NCBI GenBank assembly: GCA_950097015.1
Contig: CATNEN010000037.1
Location: 4,402,001-4,466,000 of the forward strand
Length of the DNA stretch: 64,000 bases
Source: Macrostomum hystrix
Lineage: Eukaryota; Animalia; Platyhelminthes
Direction: 5' to 3'
Of the stretch, positions 45,314 to 56,312 are shown piece after piece; positions within the stretch are counted from its first letter, which is position 1, and each line of letters begins with the position of its first letter. A program made the translations under genes and the position numbers. The notes under the pieces are model-generated. The model was not told the origin of the DNA and searched no databases. It saw only the letters and a list, made by a program, of their open reading frames with translations.

Positions 45314-47821
45314 ATGGACGACCAGCAGATTAATCTGCGCTGCGTGCTCACCTCATCCAAGGAGGGCGTACCGCTGCGCCTGCTGATGTCGGATTATCGC
45401 CAGCTGGCCTCTTGCGAGCTCAATCTGCATGGCTATCCAAGCCTGCTGTCCTACCTGCGGAGCATACCGGAGGTTGTGCGGCTGTCCAACGCTGGCGGCG
45501 AGGTCATCTGCCACGGCGTCGCCTCCGAGCGCAGCTCGCACATTGAACAGCTGATTGCCCGACAGAGGACAGCTAAAAAGAAGCGTTCGGGTGCCTCAAG
45601 AGGCGGCCGTGGCCGCGGTCGCATCTCCCGTGGCTCCTCAGCGTTTGCGCCGCGCGGTGCTCGAGGAGCCGCTTCGTCTATCAGCAGCTCCTCCGGCTTG
45701 TCGTCACCCTCAGCGTCGACTATCCGCGGCCGCGGCGGCCCGGTCAGGGCGCCGTACCGTGGCGGCGTTGTTAGCAGCCGACGGCCGCTGCAGGAGCAGC
45801 AGTTGTACACGCCGCCCAGCATGCGCTCTAGCTTGGGCCGAGGCGGCAGCGGATCTGCTGGCACCGGCTTTAGCAGCCGTGGCAACAATTCCAATGGCCG
45901 AGGAGGCGGGGATTCGAACGCCCTGTTGCCTCATCCAGTCAATGGGCGCCAGTCTGTGCCAGCAGCGTATCAGAGACCGGCTCACAGATCTCAACTATCC
46001 ACAATGCCAATACCGTCGCCGCCCTCACCGCCACTTAAGAATCGACAACAGCCGGAATCGTCCGTTACATCTGGCCTCTCCAAAACTGATTACCATCGGG
46101 TGCAGAATCTTACAATTTCTACGCAGCAACACCAGCAGCAGCAGCAGCAGACCCAGTCGACTCGGCCGCAGAGTACATACTCGTCTTCGTTTTCCAGTTC
46201 AGTTCTTTGCTCCGATCAGCTGCTGGCCGCTGCTCGCAGCCTGATCCAGCCGCGCGGCAGTGAGCGGTCCTATTTTTGGCGCCAGGCAGCCAAGCGGTCC
46301 GGGGTAGCCCCACCTGCCCAATTCGACGCGCTGGAAGCCAGCCTGCTGGCCGAGGGTGTGCTGCGTGTTGAAGACATCCTTGGCCGCCTAATGTACTATC
46401 CGGCGGCTTCGGCGGCTGTAGATTCGCCAGTTCTAAGCGTCCCGACAACGCCCAAGGCGCCATCGATTCCTACTGCACCTACTTCGATGGCGGCGACTCC
46501 GACTACAAGTTCTGCTTCCGCTGCGGAAGTGGACGAATGGGGATTTGAAGTTGGCGCCAGTGGCGACAACCTCGGCGAGGCGTACGGCGACGATCTATTA
46601 GAGGACGATCTGTCTGAGACTGCCTACGACGGCGAGATCGAAGGCGATGATGAAGATGATGACGAGAGCGACACTCTATTAAACGTTGCCGACCTGACAG
46701 TGGGGAATCAGTTCACTTCACTCTGCTTCGGCTCAGATGAGAGTGAAGATGGCGTGTGGGTCTACACTCTGAGCAGTCAGCTCGAGGCGCAGCTTGAGCA
46801 GGTGATGAAAGAGGCCAGCGCTCTGGTTAACCATCTACGTCGCGAACTGCCGCCTTTATTTGCCCAGTACTGCATGGCCACAATGCCAGTGGAGATCCTT
46901 GGACAGCCGGTGCTGCTCATTTGTCAGGAGGACAGCAACGAGCTGCTGCGATGCCGCTTGGCTTCCGATGTCCTCAGCGAAGCTGTTGTCAAGGTCAGAC
47001 TTAAAAGATTCAGTTCCTGTCCTGCAATCAGAGTGTGAGATTCAGTTCCTGTCCTGCAATCAGTGTGTGAGATTCAGTTCCTGTCCTGCAATCAGAGTGT
47101 GAGATTCAGTTCCTGTCCTGCAATCAGTGTGTGAGATTCAGTTCCTGTCCTGCAATCAGAGTGTGAGGCCACGTTAATTTAAGGCGCAGTCGCAGAGACA
47201 AGGCTTGGGGGCTTGTCGTGTAATTTACGCCCTTGAGGGCCAACCTCCAAGGCATAGTGAGAGTGTACATTGCCTGACGATGAGAAAGTCAGACGTACAC
47301 ACCTGTGTGCGTGTATGCTCAGGAGTCAGCGGAATGGGCAGAACTGCCTCCTCGCTGGCTGCGGGTCTAGTGTCACCAAATGGTGTGCCATTGCCCGCAG
47401 CCCTCCTGCAAATATTCTTATCAAATTATTAGGGTGTGAGATTCGGTTCCTGTGATCAGAGTGTGAGATCCTGTCATCAGTGTGTGAGATCCTGTCCATC
47501 AGTGTGTGAGATCCTGCCATCCCACAGATTCAACTGTTGGACAAGTGCTGCGCTCCCATGGACGTCCCAATGACCCGCCTACGCCGACTGTCGGTTGAGC
47601 TAATCTCCGAGCTGCTGTCAAAGCGGCACGGCCCTCGGTGGGCTCTGATTGGCCAGCTGGCCAGCCAATGTCTAGCCTGCCTGACCAGCCTGCCGGACGC
47701 TGCAATTCGCTTCGCCTGTCAGAATCCGCCGCCGAAGTCGCTGTTCGCCAACGGTCCCGAGCTGATGGGCTTCCAGGTTGAGTCTACAGCCCCGGAGTTG
47801 GCGGTGCGCTGGCTCAAATAG
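45314..47821 (+). CDS. LOTUS/OST-HTH + RGG + degenerate extended-Tudor protein (Tejas/TDRD5/TDRD7-like). Exons 45314-46993, 47528-47821
   Basis: N-terminus LRCVLTSSKEGVPLRLLMSDYRQL..GYPSLLSYLRSIPEVVRL..GEVICHGVASERSSHIEQLIARQR closely resembles the TDRD7 eLOTUS. C-terminus VWVYTL..LEQVMKE..GQPVLL..LLRCRL..VVK|IQLLDK..VPMTRLRRL follows eTudor spacing. Confidence 0.75.
46995..47518. repeat. 32-bp minisatellite (AGATTCAGTTCCTGTCCTGCAATCAGAGTGTG) interrupted by a SINE
   Basis: Units at ~47005-47167 and degenerate units at 47435-47518. Confidence 0.88.
47168..47432 (+). mobile_element. SINE family A, 5'-truncated copy
   Basis: High similarity to the reverse complement of 51201-51500. Confidence 0.8.
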
Positions 47822-48399
47822 GCTAACAGACTGCTAGATTAATGGCCTTGAGTAGCCTTTTAAACCGGTTGAGTAAAGTAGCATTCACTAACAGGTAAAT
47901 TTGCTTTTCAGTCGTTTATTTCACTGTTCATCTCAACCGCAGAATAATAGTCTTTAAAATACGTGTTGCTTCAATGGAATAAGCTCTATCAGTATATCTT
48001 TTTTAGTTTGCTTTGAATCGTTTCAATGGTTTCATTTTTAAATAAATATATTTGTTTCTAATTAAATAGTTACTCACAACAGTCGTTAATACCCAAATAA
48101 ATAAGGCCTTCATTAGCCTCTGTCCGTCTGTGGTACGGTGCGCCTTTCAACCTGATTTTAGTTTTTAATAAAAATAGTTTTAACTTATTTTGATTTTATG
48201 CTCTTTTTTTCAACATTTACCTGTATTTTATTATTCATCGAGGTGACAAATACTGATTAGATCAGTATTTTCAACATTGCTTCTAAAGTTAGGATCTCGT
48301 GACTTTTTGTCCGGGAGATTTAGTTTTAACACAAACTTGTTTAGATTAAAAATCTCGTGACTCTCCACTTTGTATAGCGCGATCTTGTAGCAATAATTT

Positions 48400-49575
48400 T
48401 CAATCACATATTATTCTAGTTAGGATTAAGGATCACATAACATTCTAGTTAGGATTTAGGATCACATAACATTCTAGTTAGGATTTAGGATCACATAACA
48501 TTCTAGTTGGGATTTGGGATCACAAAACATTCTAGTTACGATTTGGGATCACAAAAAATTCTAGTTACGATTTGGGATCACATAACATTCTAGTTGGGAT
48601 TTGGGATCACAAAAAATTCTATCCAGGATTTAGGATCACTTAATATTCTAGTTAGGATTAAGGATCACATAGTATTCTAATTGGGATTCGGGATCACATA
48701 ACATTCTAAATTGGGATTTGGGATCACATAACATTCTATTTGGGATTAAGGATCACATAGTATTCTAATTGGGATTCGGGATCACATAACATTCTAAATT
48801 GGGATTTGGGTTCACATAACATTCTATTTAGGATTGAGGATCACATAGTATTCTAATTGGGATTCGGGATCACATAACATTCTATTTAGGATTAAGGATC
48901 ACATAGTATTCTAATTGGGATTCGGGATCACATAACATTCTATTTAGGATTCGGGATCACATAACATTCTAAATTGGGATTTGGGATCACATAACATTCT
49001 ATTTAGGATTAAGGATCACATAGTATTCTAATTGGGATTCGGGATCACATAACATTCTATTTAGGATTCGGGATCACATAACATTCTATTTAGGATTCGG
49101 GATCACATAACATTCTAAATTGGGATTTGGGATCACATAACATTCTATTTAGGATTAAGGATCACATAGTATTCTAATTGGGATTCGGGATCACATAACA
49201 TTCTAAATTGGGATTTGGGATCACATAACATTCTATTTAGGATTGAGGATCACATAGTATTCTAATTGGGATTCGGGATCACATAACATTCTATTTAGGA
49301 TTAAGGATCACATAACATTCTAATTGGGATTTGGGATCACATAACATTCTATTTTGGATTAAGGATCACATAGTATTCTAATTGGGATTCGGGATCACAT
49401 AACATTCTATTTAGGATTAAGGATCACATAAAATTCTAATTGGGATTCGGGATCACATAATATTCTTTTTAGGATTAAGGATCACATAACATTCTAATTG
49501 GGATTTGGGATCACAAAACATTCTATTTAGGATTTAGGATCACTTAATATTCTAGTTTGGAATTGGGATCACATC
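48400..49575. repeat. ~28-29-bp minisatellite (GGATCACATAACATTCTAGTTAGGATTT) in the intergenic spacer
   Basis: Tandem repeats. Confidence 0.95.
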
Positions 49576-49652
49576 GGATTTTAGATGTCCCAGCTTTTGT
49601 CAATCAGCAGTCTGTTTCTTTGCAGAGCAGCCAATTGATTAACTAAGCGGAA

Positions 49653-52600
49653 ATGCGTGTCTCAAGACTTGCTACCTGGATGGCTAGCTGGCCCATGGAA
49701 CTAAAGATTTTGTTAATCACCGTGCTGTTTAACGAATTGCTCATCTACTATTATTATTCGTGGGCCTGGTGGTGGAAAATCAGAAGCACTTGGTGAGTTC
49801 CAGCTTTTTTACTTTGAGTTATAGATAAACCTTCACTTGACTCAGACCATGCTGACTGATACTTTAGTGGCAAAGGAATCGTCCCGAATAATCCTCTACT
49901 CTATGTCGATTCTTTGTGTAGGAATCGTCCCAAACCATCCACTAGTCTGGGTTGATTTTTGTAGGAATCGTCCCAAACCATTCTCTAGTCTTTGTGAATT
50001 TTTTGTAGGAATCGTCTTAAACATTCTCTAGTCTTTGTGGATTTTTTTGTAGGAATCGTCCCAAACCATTCTCTAGTCTTTGTGAATTTTTTGTAGGAAT
50101 CGTCTTAAACATTCTCTAGTCTTTGTGGATTTTTTTGTAGGAATCGTCCCAAACCATTCTCTAGTCTTTGTGAATTTTTTTGTAGGAATCGTCCCAAACT
50201 ATTCTCTAGTCTGGGTTGATTTTTTGTAGGAATCGTCCCAAACTATTCTCTAGTCTGGGTTGATTTTTTGTAGGAATCGTCCCAAACTATTCTCTAGTCT
50301 GGGTTGATTTTTGTAGGAATCGTCCCAAACTATTCTCTAGTCTGGGTTGATTTTTGTAGGAATCGTCCCAAACTATTCTCTAGTCTGGGTTGATTTTTTG
50401 TAGGAATCGTCCCAAACTATTCTCTAGTCTGGGTTGATTTTTTGTAGGAATCGTCCCAAACCATTCTCTAGTCTGGGTTGGTTTTTTGTAGGAATCGTCC
50501 CAAACCACTCACTACTCTGGGTTGATTCTGTGCAATCTTTCTAAGTAATCTTCTTATTTCATACACAGCGGCTCGGGCCAGGGCTACACCACCTTTCTGA
50601 TCGCATCAGATCCTCAAATTCAGGGCTACCGTGACGAGAGCCAGCTATTTGGTTGGATCACCAGGTGGGACGCAGACAGGTAAGTAACTAGATTGACCCT
50701 GTTGATTGTCGTCAAATCATTGCTTCAACTGCTCGCCTGTTCCCAACCTGAGCTCAGATTTCTCTACAAAGGCTACTCAGCCGCTCTGGCAGCGGTCAAG
50801 CCATCGACGCTGCTCTTCCCCGGCGACCTCATCGATGAGGGCCTATCGGCGTCGCCTGCTGACTTGGACGACTACATGGCCCGTTTCCGCGGCCTGTTCC
50901 TCTGGCCCCGTCTGCGCCGCCTCGTTCTGGCCGGAGACAACGACGTCGGGGGCGAAGCCGAACCGGTCAGCGACGGCCGGGTGACCGCCTACGAGAGCGC
51001 CTTCGGCCGCTTGGAGGGCGCCGCCAAGGCTGGCCAACGCCTGCGGCTCGCCTGGCTGCGTTTCTATCCGGATGCGTTCGGCAGCGAGCGGGACATTGCC
51101 AGTCACGTGACCACCGCCTATGCACATCTGGCGCCAAGTGAGTGAGGCCAAACAGATGCATCATTGGATGGATCGTGACTCCAATTTCCAATAGGGGCGT
51201 TAATAATAATAACTGCAGGAGGGCTGCGGGCAATGGCACATCATTTGGTGACACTAGACCCGCAGCCAGCGAGGAGGCAATTCTGCCCATTCCGCTGACT
51301 CCTGAGCACACACGCACACAGATACTGTACGCACACGCTCACACAGGTGTGTACATCTGCCCTTTCTGATCTGTTCCCAGATATGTTTATCTCTCATCAT
51401 CAGGCAATGTACACTCTCACTGTGCCTTGGAGGTTGGCCCTTATGGGCGTAAATTGCACGACAAGCCTCCAAGCCTTCTCTCGGTGGCTGCGCCTCAAAT
51501 AAATGTGACCTCGCAGCGGAATCGAGCTCAGGGTCATTGATTGGTGCGAGAGGCAAACGCGTTAACCGCTCTGCCACCGACCCCCTTTCGCGTTTCACAA
51601 ACCCGAATTTTCACAACGTCGCGTAGTTCGTAATACGCAATTCGACGCGAAATGTCGACGTTATGAAATTACGAGCTTATGAAATTTATGAAATTATGAA
51701 ATCCTCAGACACCCCGGAGACTGGCTCGGCTAGTTATCGAATCCTGACCAACCACGCCAACCTGCTAACTCAGCGGCCAACCCAGTTTCGTCACCTGCTG
51801 CGCCTGCTGCGGCCCCATCTGGCCATCACCGGTCACAGGCACCGGGCGTTCGCTCTCCGCTGCGATGGTTGCTGGTCTGCCGCCGGCCCAGAGACCGTAG
51901 CGCCGTTTCCCGACCACAGCGGAGGCCCCTACGCCAGGGAGCCGCTGGACTCGGCTAAATTCACCCTGCGAGACGGTGTGCTGTACGAGATCGGCTCGCC
52001 CACCTGCTCTTACCGTATGGGCACCACTGAAGTGGCCTACGGCTACCTGGCTATTAGAGAGACTGACGGCCAAGTGTGCTACGTCACACTCTGGCTTGTG
52101 TCTAGGTGCGTGAAAATCTATATGGGCGAATATTTGTGTTGTTCTGCATTGGCATACCTCTCTACTCATCCTTTCCCCATCTTTACTCATCCTGCCCCCA
52201 TCTTTACTCATCCTGCGCCACTTCCCTACTCATCCTGCCCCACATCCCTACTCATCCTGTCCCACCTCCCTACTCATCCTGCCCCCCATCCCTACTCATC
52301 CTTCCCCACATCCCTACTCATCCTGCTCCCCATCCCTACTCATCCTGTCCCACACCTTTACTCCTCCTGTCCCACCTCCCTACTCATCCTGCCCCCCATC
52401 CCTACTCATCCTGTCCCACCTCCCTACTCATCCTGTCCCACCTCCCTACTCATCCTACCCCCCATCCCTACTCATCCTTCCCCACATCCCTACTCATCCT
52501 GTACCACATCCCTACTCATCCTGCTCCCCATCCCTACTCATCCTGTCCCACACCTTTACTCCTCCTGCGCCACATCCCTACTCATCCTGCCCCACATCCC

Positions 52601-53086
52601 TACTCATCCTGCCCCCATCTTTACTCATCCTTCGCCACTTCCCTACTCATCCTGTCCCACATCCCTACTCATCCTGCCCCCATCCCTACTCATCCTGCCC
52701 CCCATCCCTACTCATCCTGTCCCACATCCCTACTCATCCTGCCCCCCATCCCTACTCATCCTGTCCCACATCCCTACTCATCCTGCCCCCCATCCCTACT
52801 CATCCTGTCCCACATCCCTACTCATCCTGCCCCCCATCCCTACTCATCCTGTCCCACATCCCTACTCATCCAATCCAATGTTCCTACTAATCAAGTATCA
52901 TTGTGCCGCTACTTGTCCTCCACCTATGGCAGGTTCTACTGGCTTGGCCTGTACTGCCTGTCGCTGCTGCTTTGTGCCGGCCTCTGGTTAGTTCGTAGAG
53001 TGCGCCAATGCAGCGAGGCCGACGCTGGCAATGACTTCAGGCCAACTGGCGGCTCGCTTCGTCGGCAGGGACGTTTCGCGGTTTGA
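49653..53086 (+). CDS. MPPE1: MPPE1/Cdc1-family metallophosphoesterase. Exons 49653-49792, 50569-50679, 50758-51137, 51709-52105, 52933-53086
   Basis: N-terminal TM (LFNELLIYYY), IASDPQIQG, WDADR|FL, PGDLIDEG, AGDND, AITGHRH, PTCSYRMG, LWLVSR|FYWLGLY C-terminal TM. Junctions in phase. Exact paralog uncertain. Confidence 0.85.
49880..50525. repeat. ~41-42-bp minisatellite in MPPE1 intron 1
   Basis: TTTTGTAGGAATCGTCCCAAACTATTCTCTAGTCTGGGTTGA tandem units. Confidence 0.94.
51201..51585 (-). mobile_element. SINE family A, apparently full length (~385 bp)
   Basis: Minus strand GGGGGTCGGTGGCAGAGCGG (A box), GCTCGATTCC (B box-like), family body, (TTA)n tail. Confidence 0.82.
52150..52872. repeat. 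~21-bp C-rich minisatellite (CACATCCCTACTCATCCTGTC) in MPPE1 intron 4
   Basis: Tandem repeats. Confidence 0.95.
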
Positions 53087-53274
53087 AATTTTAAGTGAAA
53101 AACATCGCGAGTTCGATTTTAACTTTTATCTTACTTTTTTAGCTATCGGGACTTTGCTAGTCTGCATTTTGTATCTGTTTGTATTTTATCCAATATAAAT
53201 TTACATGTATGTTTAAAAGCTTTTTCTATAGTCTAGAAACATGAGACATCAATAATCCTTTCAAAGGATCCTGA

Positions 53275-54380
53275 AACATCCTTAGAATTCACCCTGAAAC
53301 ATCCCCAGAATTCACCCTGAAACATCCCTAGAATTCATCCTGAAAAATCCCTAGAATTCATCCTGAAACATCCCTAGAATTCATCCTAAAACATCCCTAG
53401 AATTTATCCTGAAACATCCCTAGAATTCATCTTGAAACATCCCTAGAATTCATCCTAAAACATCCCTAGAATTCACCCTGAAACATCCCTAGAATTCATC
53501 CTGAAGCATCCCTAGAATTCACCCTGAAACATCCCTAGAATTCATCTTGAAACATCCCTAGAATTCACCCTGAAACATCCCTAGAATTCACCCTGAAACA
53601 TCCCTGGAATTCATCTTGAAACATCCCTAGAATTCATTCTGAAACATCCCTAGAATTTATCCTGAAGCATCCCTAGAATTCATCCTGAAACATCCCTGGA
53701 ATTCATCCTGAAACATCCCTGGAATTCACCCTGAAACATCCCTGGAATTAGTCCTGAAACATCCCTAGAATTCATCCTGAAACATCCCTGGAATTAGTCC
53801 TGAAACATCCCTGGAATTAGTCCTGAAACATCCCTGGAATTCATCCTGAAACATCCCTGGAATTAGTCCTGAAACATCCCTGGAATTCATCCTGAAACAT
53901 CCCTGGAATTAGTCCTGAAACATCCCTGGAATTAGTCGTGAAACATCCCTAGAATTCATCCTGAAACATCCCTGGAATTCATCCTGAAACATCCCTGGAA
54001 TTCACCCTGAAACATCCCTGGAATTAGTCCTGAAACATCCCTAGAATTCATCCTGAAACATCCCTGGAATTAGTCCTGAAACATCCCTGGAATTAGTCCT
54101 GAAACATCCCTGGAATTCATCCTGAAACATCCCTGGAATTAGTCCTGAAACATCCCTGGAATTCATCCTGAAACATCCCTGGAATTAGTCCTGAAACATC
54201 CCTGGAATTAGTCGTGAAACATCCCTAGAATTCATCCTGAAACATCCCTGGAATTAGTCCTGAAACATCCCTGGAATTCATCCTGAAACATCCCTGGAAT
54301 TAGTCCTGAAACATCCCTGGAATTAGTCGTGAAACATCCCTAGAATTCATCCTGAAACATCCCTAGAATTCATCCTGAAA
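53275..54380. repeat. 23-bp minisatellite (CATCCTGAAACATCCCTAGAATT)
   Basis: Tandem repeats. Confidence 0.96.
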
Positions 54381-55091
54381 TGTCTGAACTTCTGTCCGCG
54401 CTTGTCTTTCAATAATTCCTTATATTTTTTAATAGCTAAAAAATCTGTAAATAAAATGACTTTTCAAAACTCGCATTATACTACTGAACCAATTATCAAG
54501 TAAGTCGTGCAGTGACTTACTCATTGCTGGTCGGTAGTGTAAAGTGCGCTTTTATGATAATAAAATGATGCCCTATTAGTGTTTTTAAAGTGCAAAGAAA
54601 GAAAAGTACGAGTTCAAGTTGTTCTTGCGTCTCTCTTTCATCTGATTATTATGCTGATTATGATAATTATATAGTCAGTTTTATTGTCAAGTTGTCCGAT
54701 TCCAGAATACACACCAGCGGAAGTACTTGCGCTGTGAGCTCGCGTGCCTCCCTATCCACACCCACCTTCCTCCTCACTCTGCTGCTTGCTCCGCGCCAAG
54801 CCTTGTCAAAGCTGCTGCGCTTGATAAATTCAAGTCAAGCCTCATCAGCGTCATCATCTCGACTGGAAGGTCGCCTTCCTAACCTCTTTTCTGTACAGCT
54901 CTAAATTCTCTTCCCAGCCTCCCCGGTCGACTCCCCACACCAACAGTCAGTTCATACTTCATTAGCCGTGACTCGTGAGCACGCATTGCCAGCTTACTCA
55001 AAAAATGATCAGGCTGCATTTTCGGAGAATGTGCGTTCTTTCTCCCTGTGCTTTAGTTTTGCCGCGCCAGTAATGCCCAACCTTTTGGAAG

Positions 55092-55335
55092 TCTAGTCTA
55101 GGGAATGTGCAGTCTAGTCTAGGGAATGCGAAGTTTAGTCTAGGGAATGTGCAGTCTAGTCTAGGGAATGCGAAGTTTAGTCTAGGGAATGTGCAGTCTA
55201 GTCTAGGGAATGCGAAGTTTAGTCTAGGCAAGGTGAAGTTTAGTCTAGGGAACGCGAAGTTTAGTCTAGGGAATGTAAAGTCGAGTCAAGGAAATGTGCA
55301 GTTTAGTCTAGGGAATGTGGAGTCGAGTCTAGAAA
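55092..55335. repeat. 21-bp minisatellite (GTCTAGGGAATGTGCAGTCTA)
   Basis: Tandem repeats. Confidence 0.92.
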
Positions 55336-56167
55336 ATTCGAGTCTACTGACTATAAAGTCTAGCAATTCCAAAGCTTGTTCAGTACTTAAAAATAAACGA
55401 TTTGTGACCGTAAAATGTAAGAAATTTGATGAGTAGTACATATCGGATTCTATTTATTGAATTACCAAGATATAGCTTATCTGTATTACCCGTTTGTCCG
55501 TCAACGCAGTGTATGTCTTAAAGCATTTCATTTATTTGCCCCGGGACAAACGGAACGTTCAGAATTTTATTATTACAAATACGTAATTCAGAAGGCTAGC
55601 CAATTCTAGCTTGATGCCGTACAGTATCGATGTTCAACTAATATTGGACTTAAAATATTGCCGGCTTCATGACCAAAATATAGATCAACGAGAACTGCTG
55701 TGCTGATCTACGTTTCGGTCCTACTATAGATACTAAAAACATTGAATAAGCAATCAGGATAAACCAATAAAAGCTCTGTGACGGATAATAGGGAGAGAGA
55801 GAAGTAGTAATTTACTGGATAGACAAATTTGTGCTTTCGGTTGAGTTGTGATATGCATAGAATATATGATTTCGTTTGGCGACCTACCTACCATTAGCCT
55901 AACCTGGCCCTGCAAGATGGACCGGCCCGTGCGACCTCTGTACTATGCTCCCGGGAGAATCGGCCCACCGGAAAGGTTTCTGGGCCACAAGATTTCCCCG
56001 GAGCAATTTTGGCGGATCGAAGATTCCTGTCCGACCCTCCCGCCCTCCCTACCTTACAGGTGCATCAAATTTAAAGGGAAAAACTGGCGAAATCTGATTC
56101 GGACAAATATGGGAAAATGAGTGCAAGAGCTTGACATTGTGACTGTTATTAGACAATATATTAGACC

Positions 56168-56312
56168 AATAAAACTGCAGGAGGCCTATGGGCAATGGCA
56201 CATTATTTAGTGACACTAGACTCGTAGCCAGCTAGGAGGCAGTTCTGCCCATTTCGCTGACTCCTGAGCACACACGCACACAGGTGTGTACGTCTGACTT
56301 TCTCATGGTCAA
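56168..56312 (-). mobile_element. SINE family A, 3' fragment
   Basis: Matches 51213-51360 (CTGCAGGAGG..GGCAATGGCACAT..GTGACACTAGAC..CTGACTCCTGAGCACACACGCACA). Confidence 0.78.

Noticed and set aside
52106-52932. Pro/His-rich extension of the MPPE1 ORFs
   Set aside because: Intronic minisatellite; splicing 52105 to 52933 restores LWLVSR|FYWL.
55489-55556. Short inverted repeat CCGTTTGTCC / GGACAAACGG
   Set aside because: Only a 10-bp stem with no TSD or following T-tract; at most a MITE relic.
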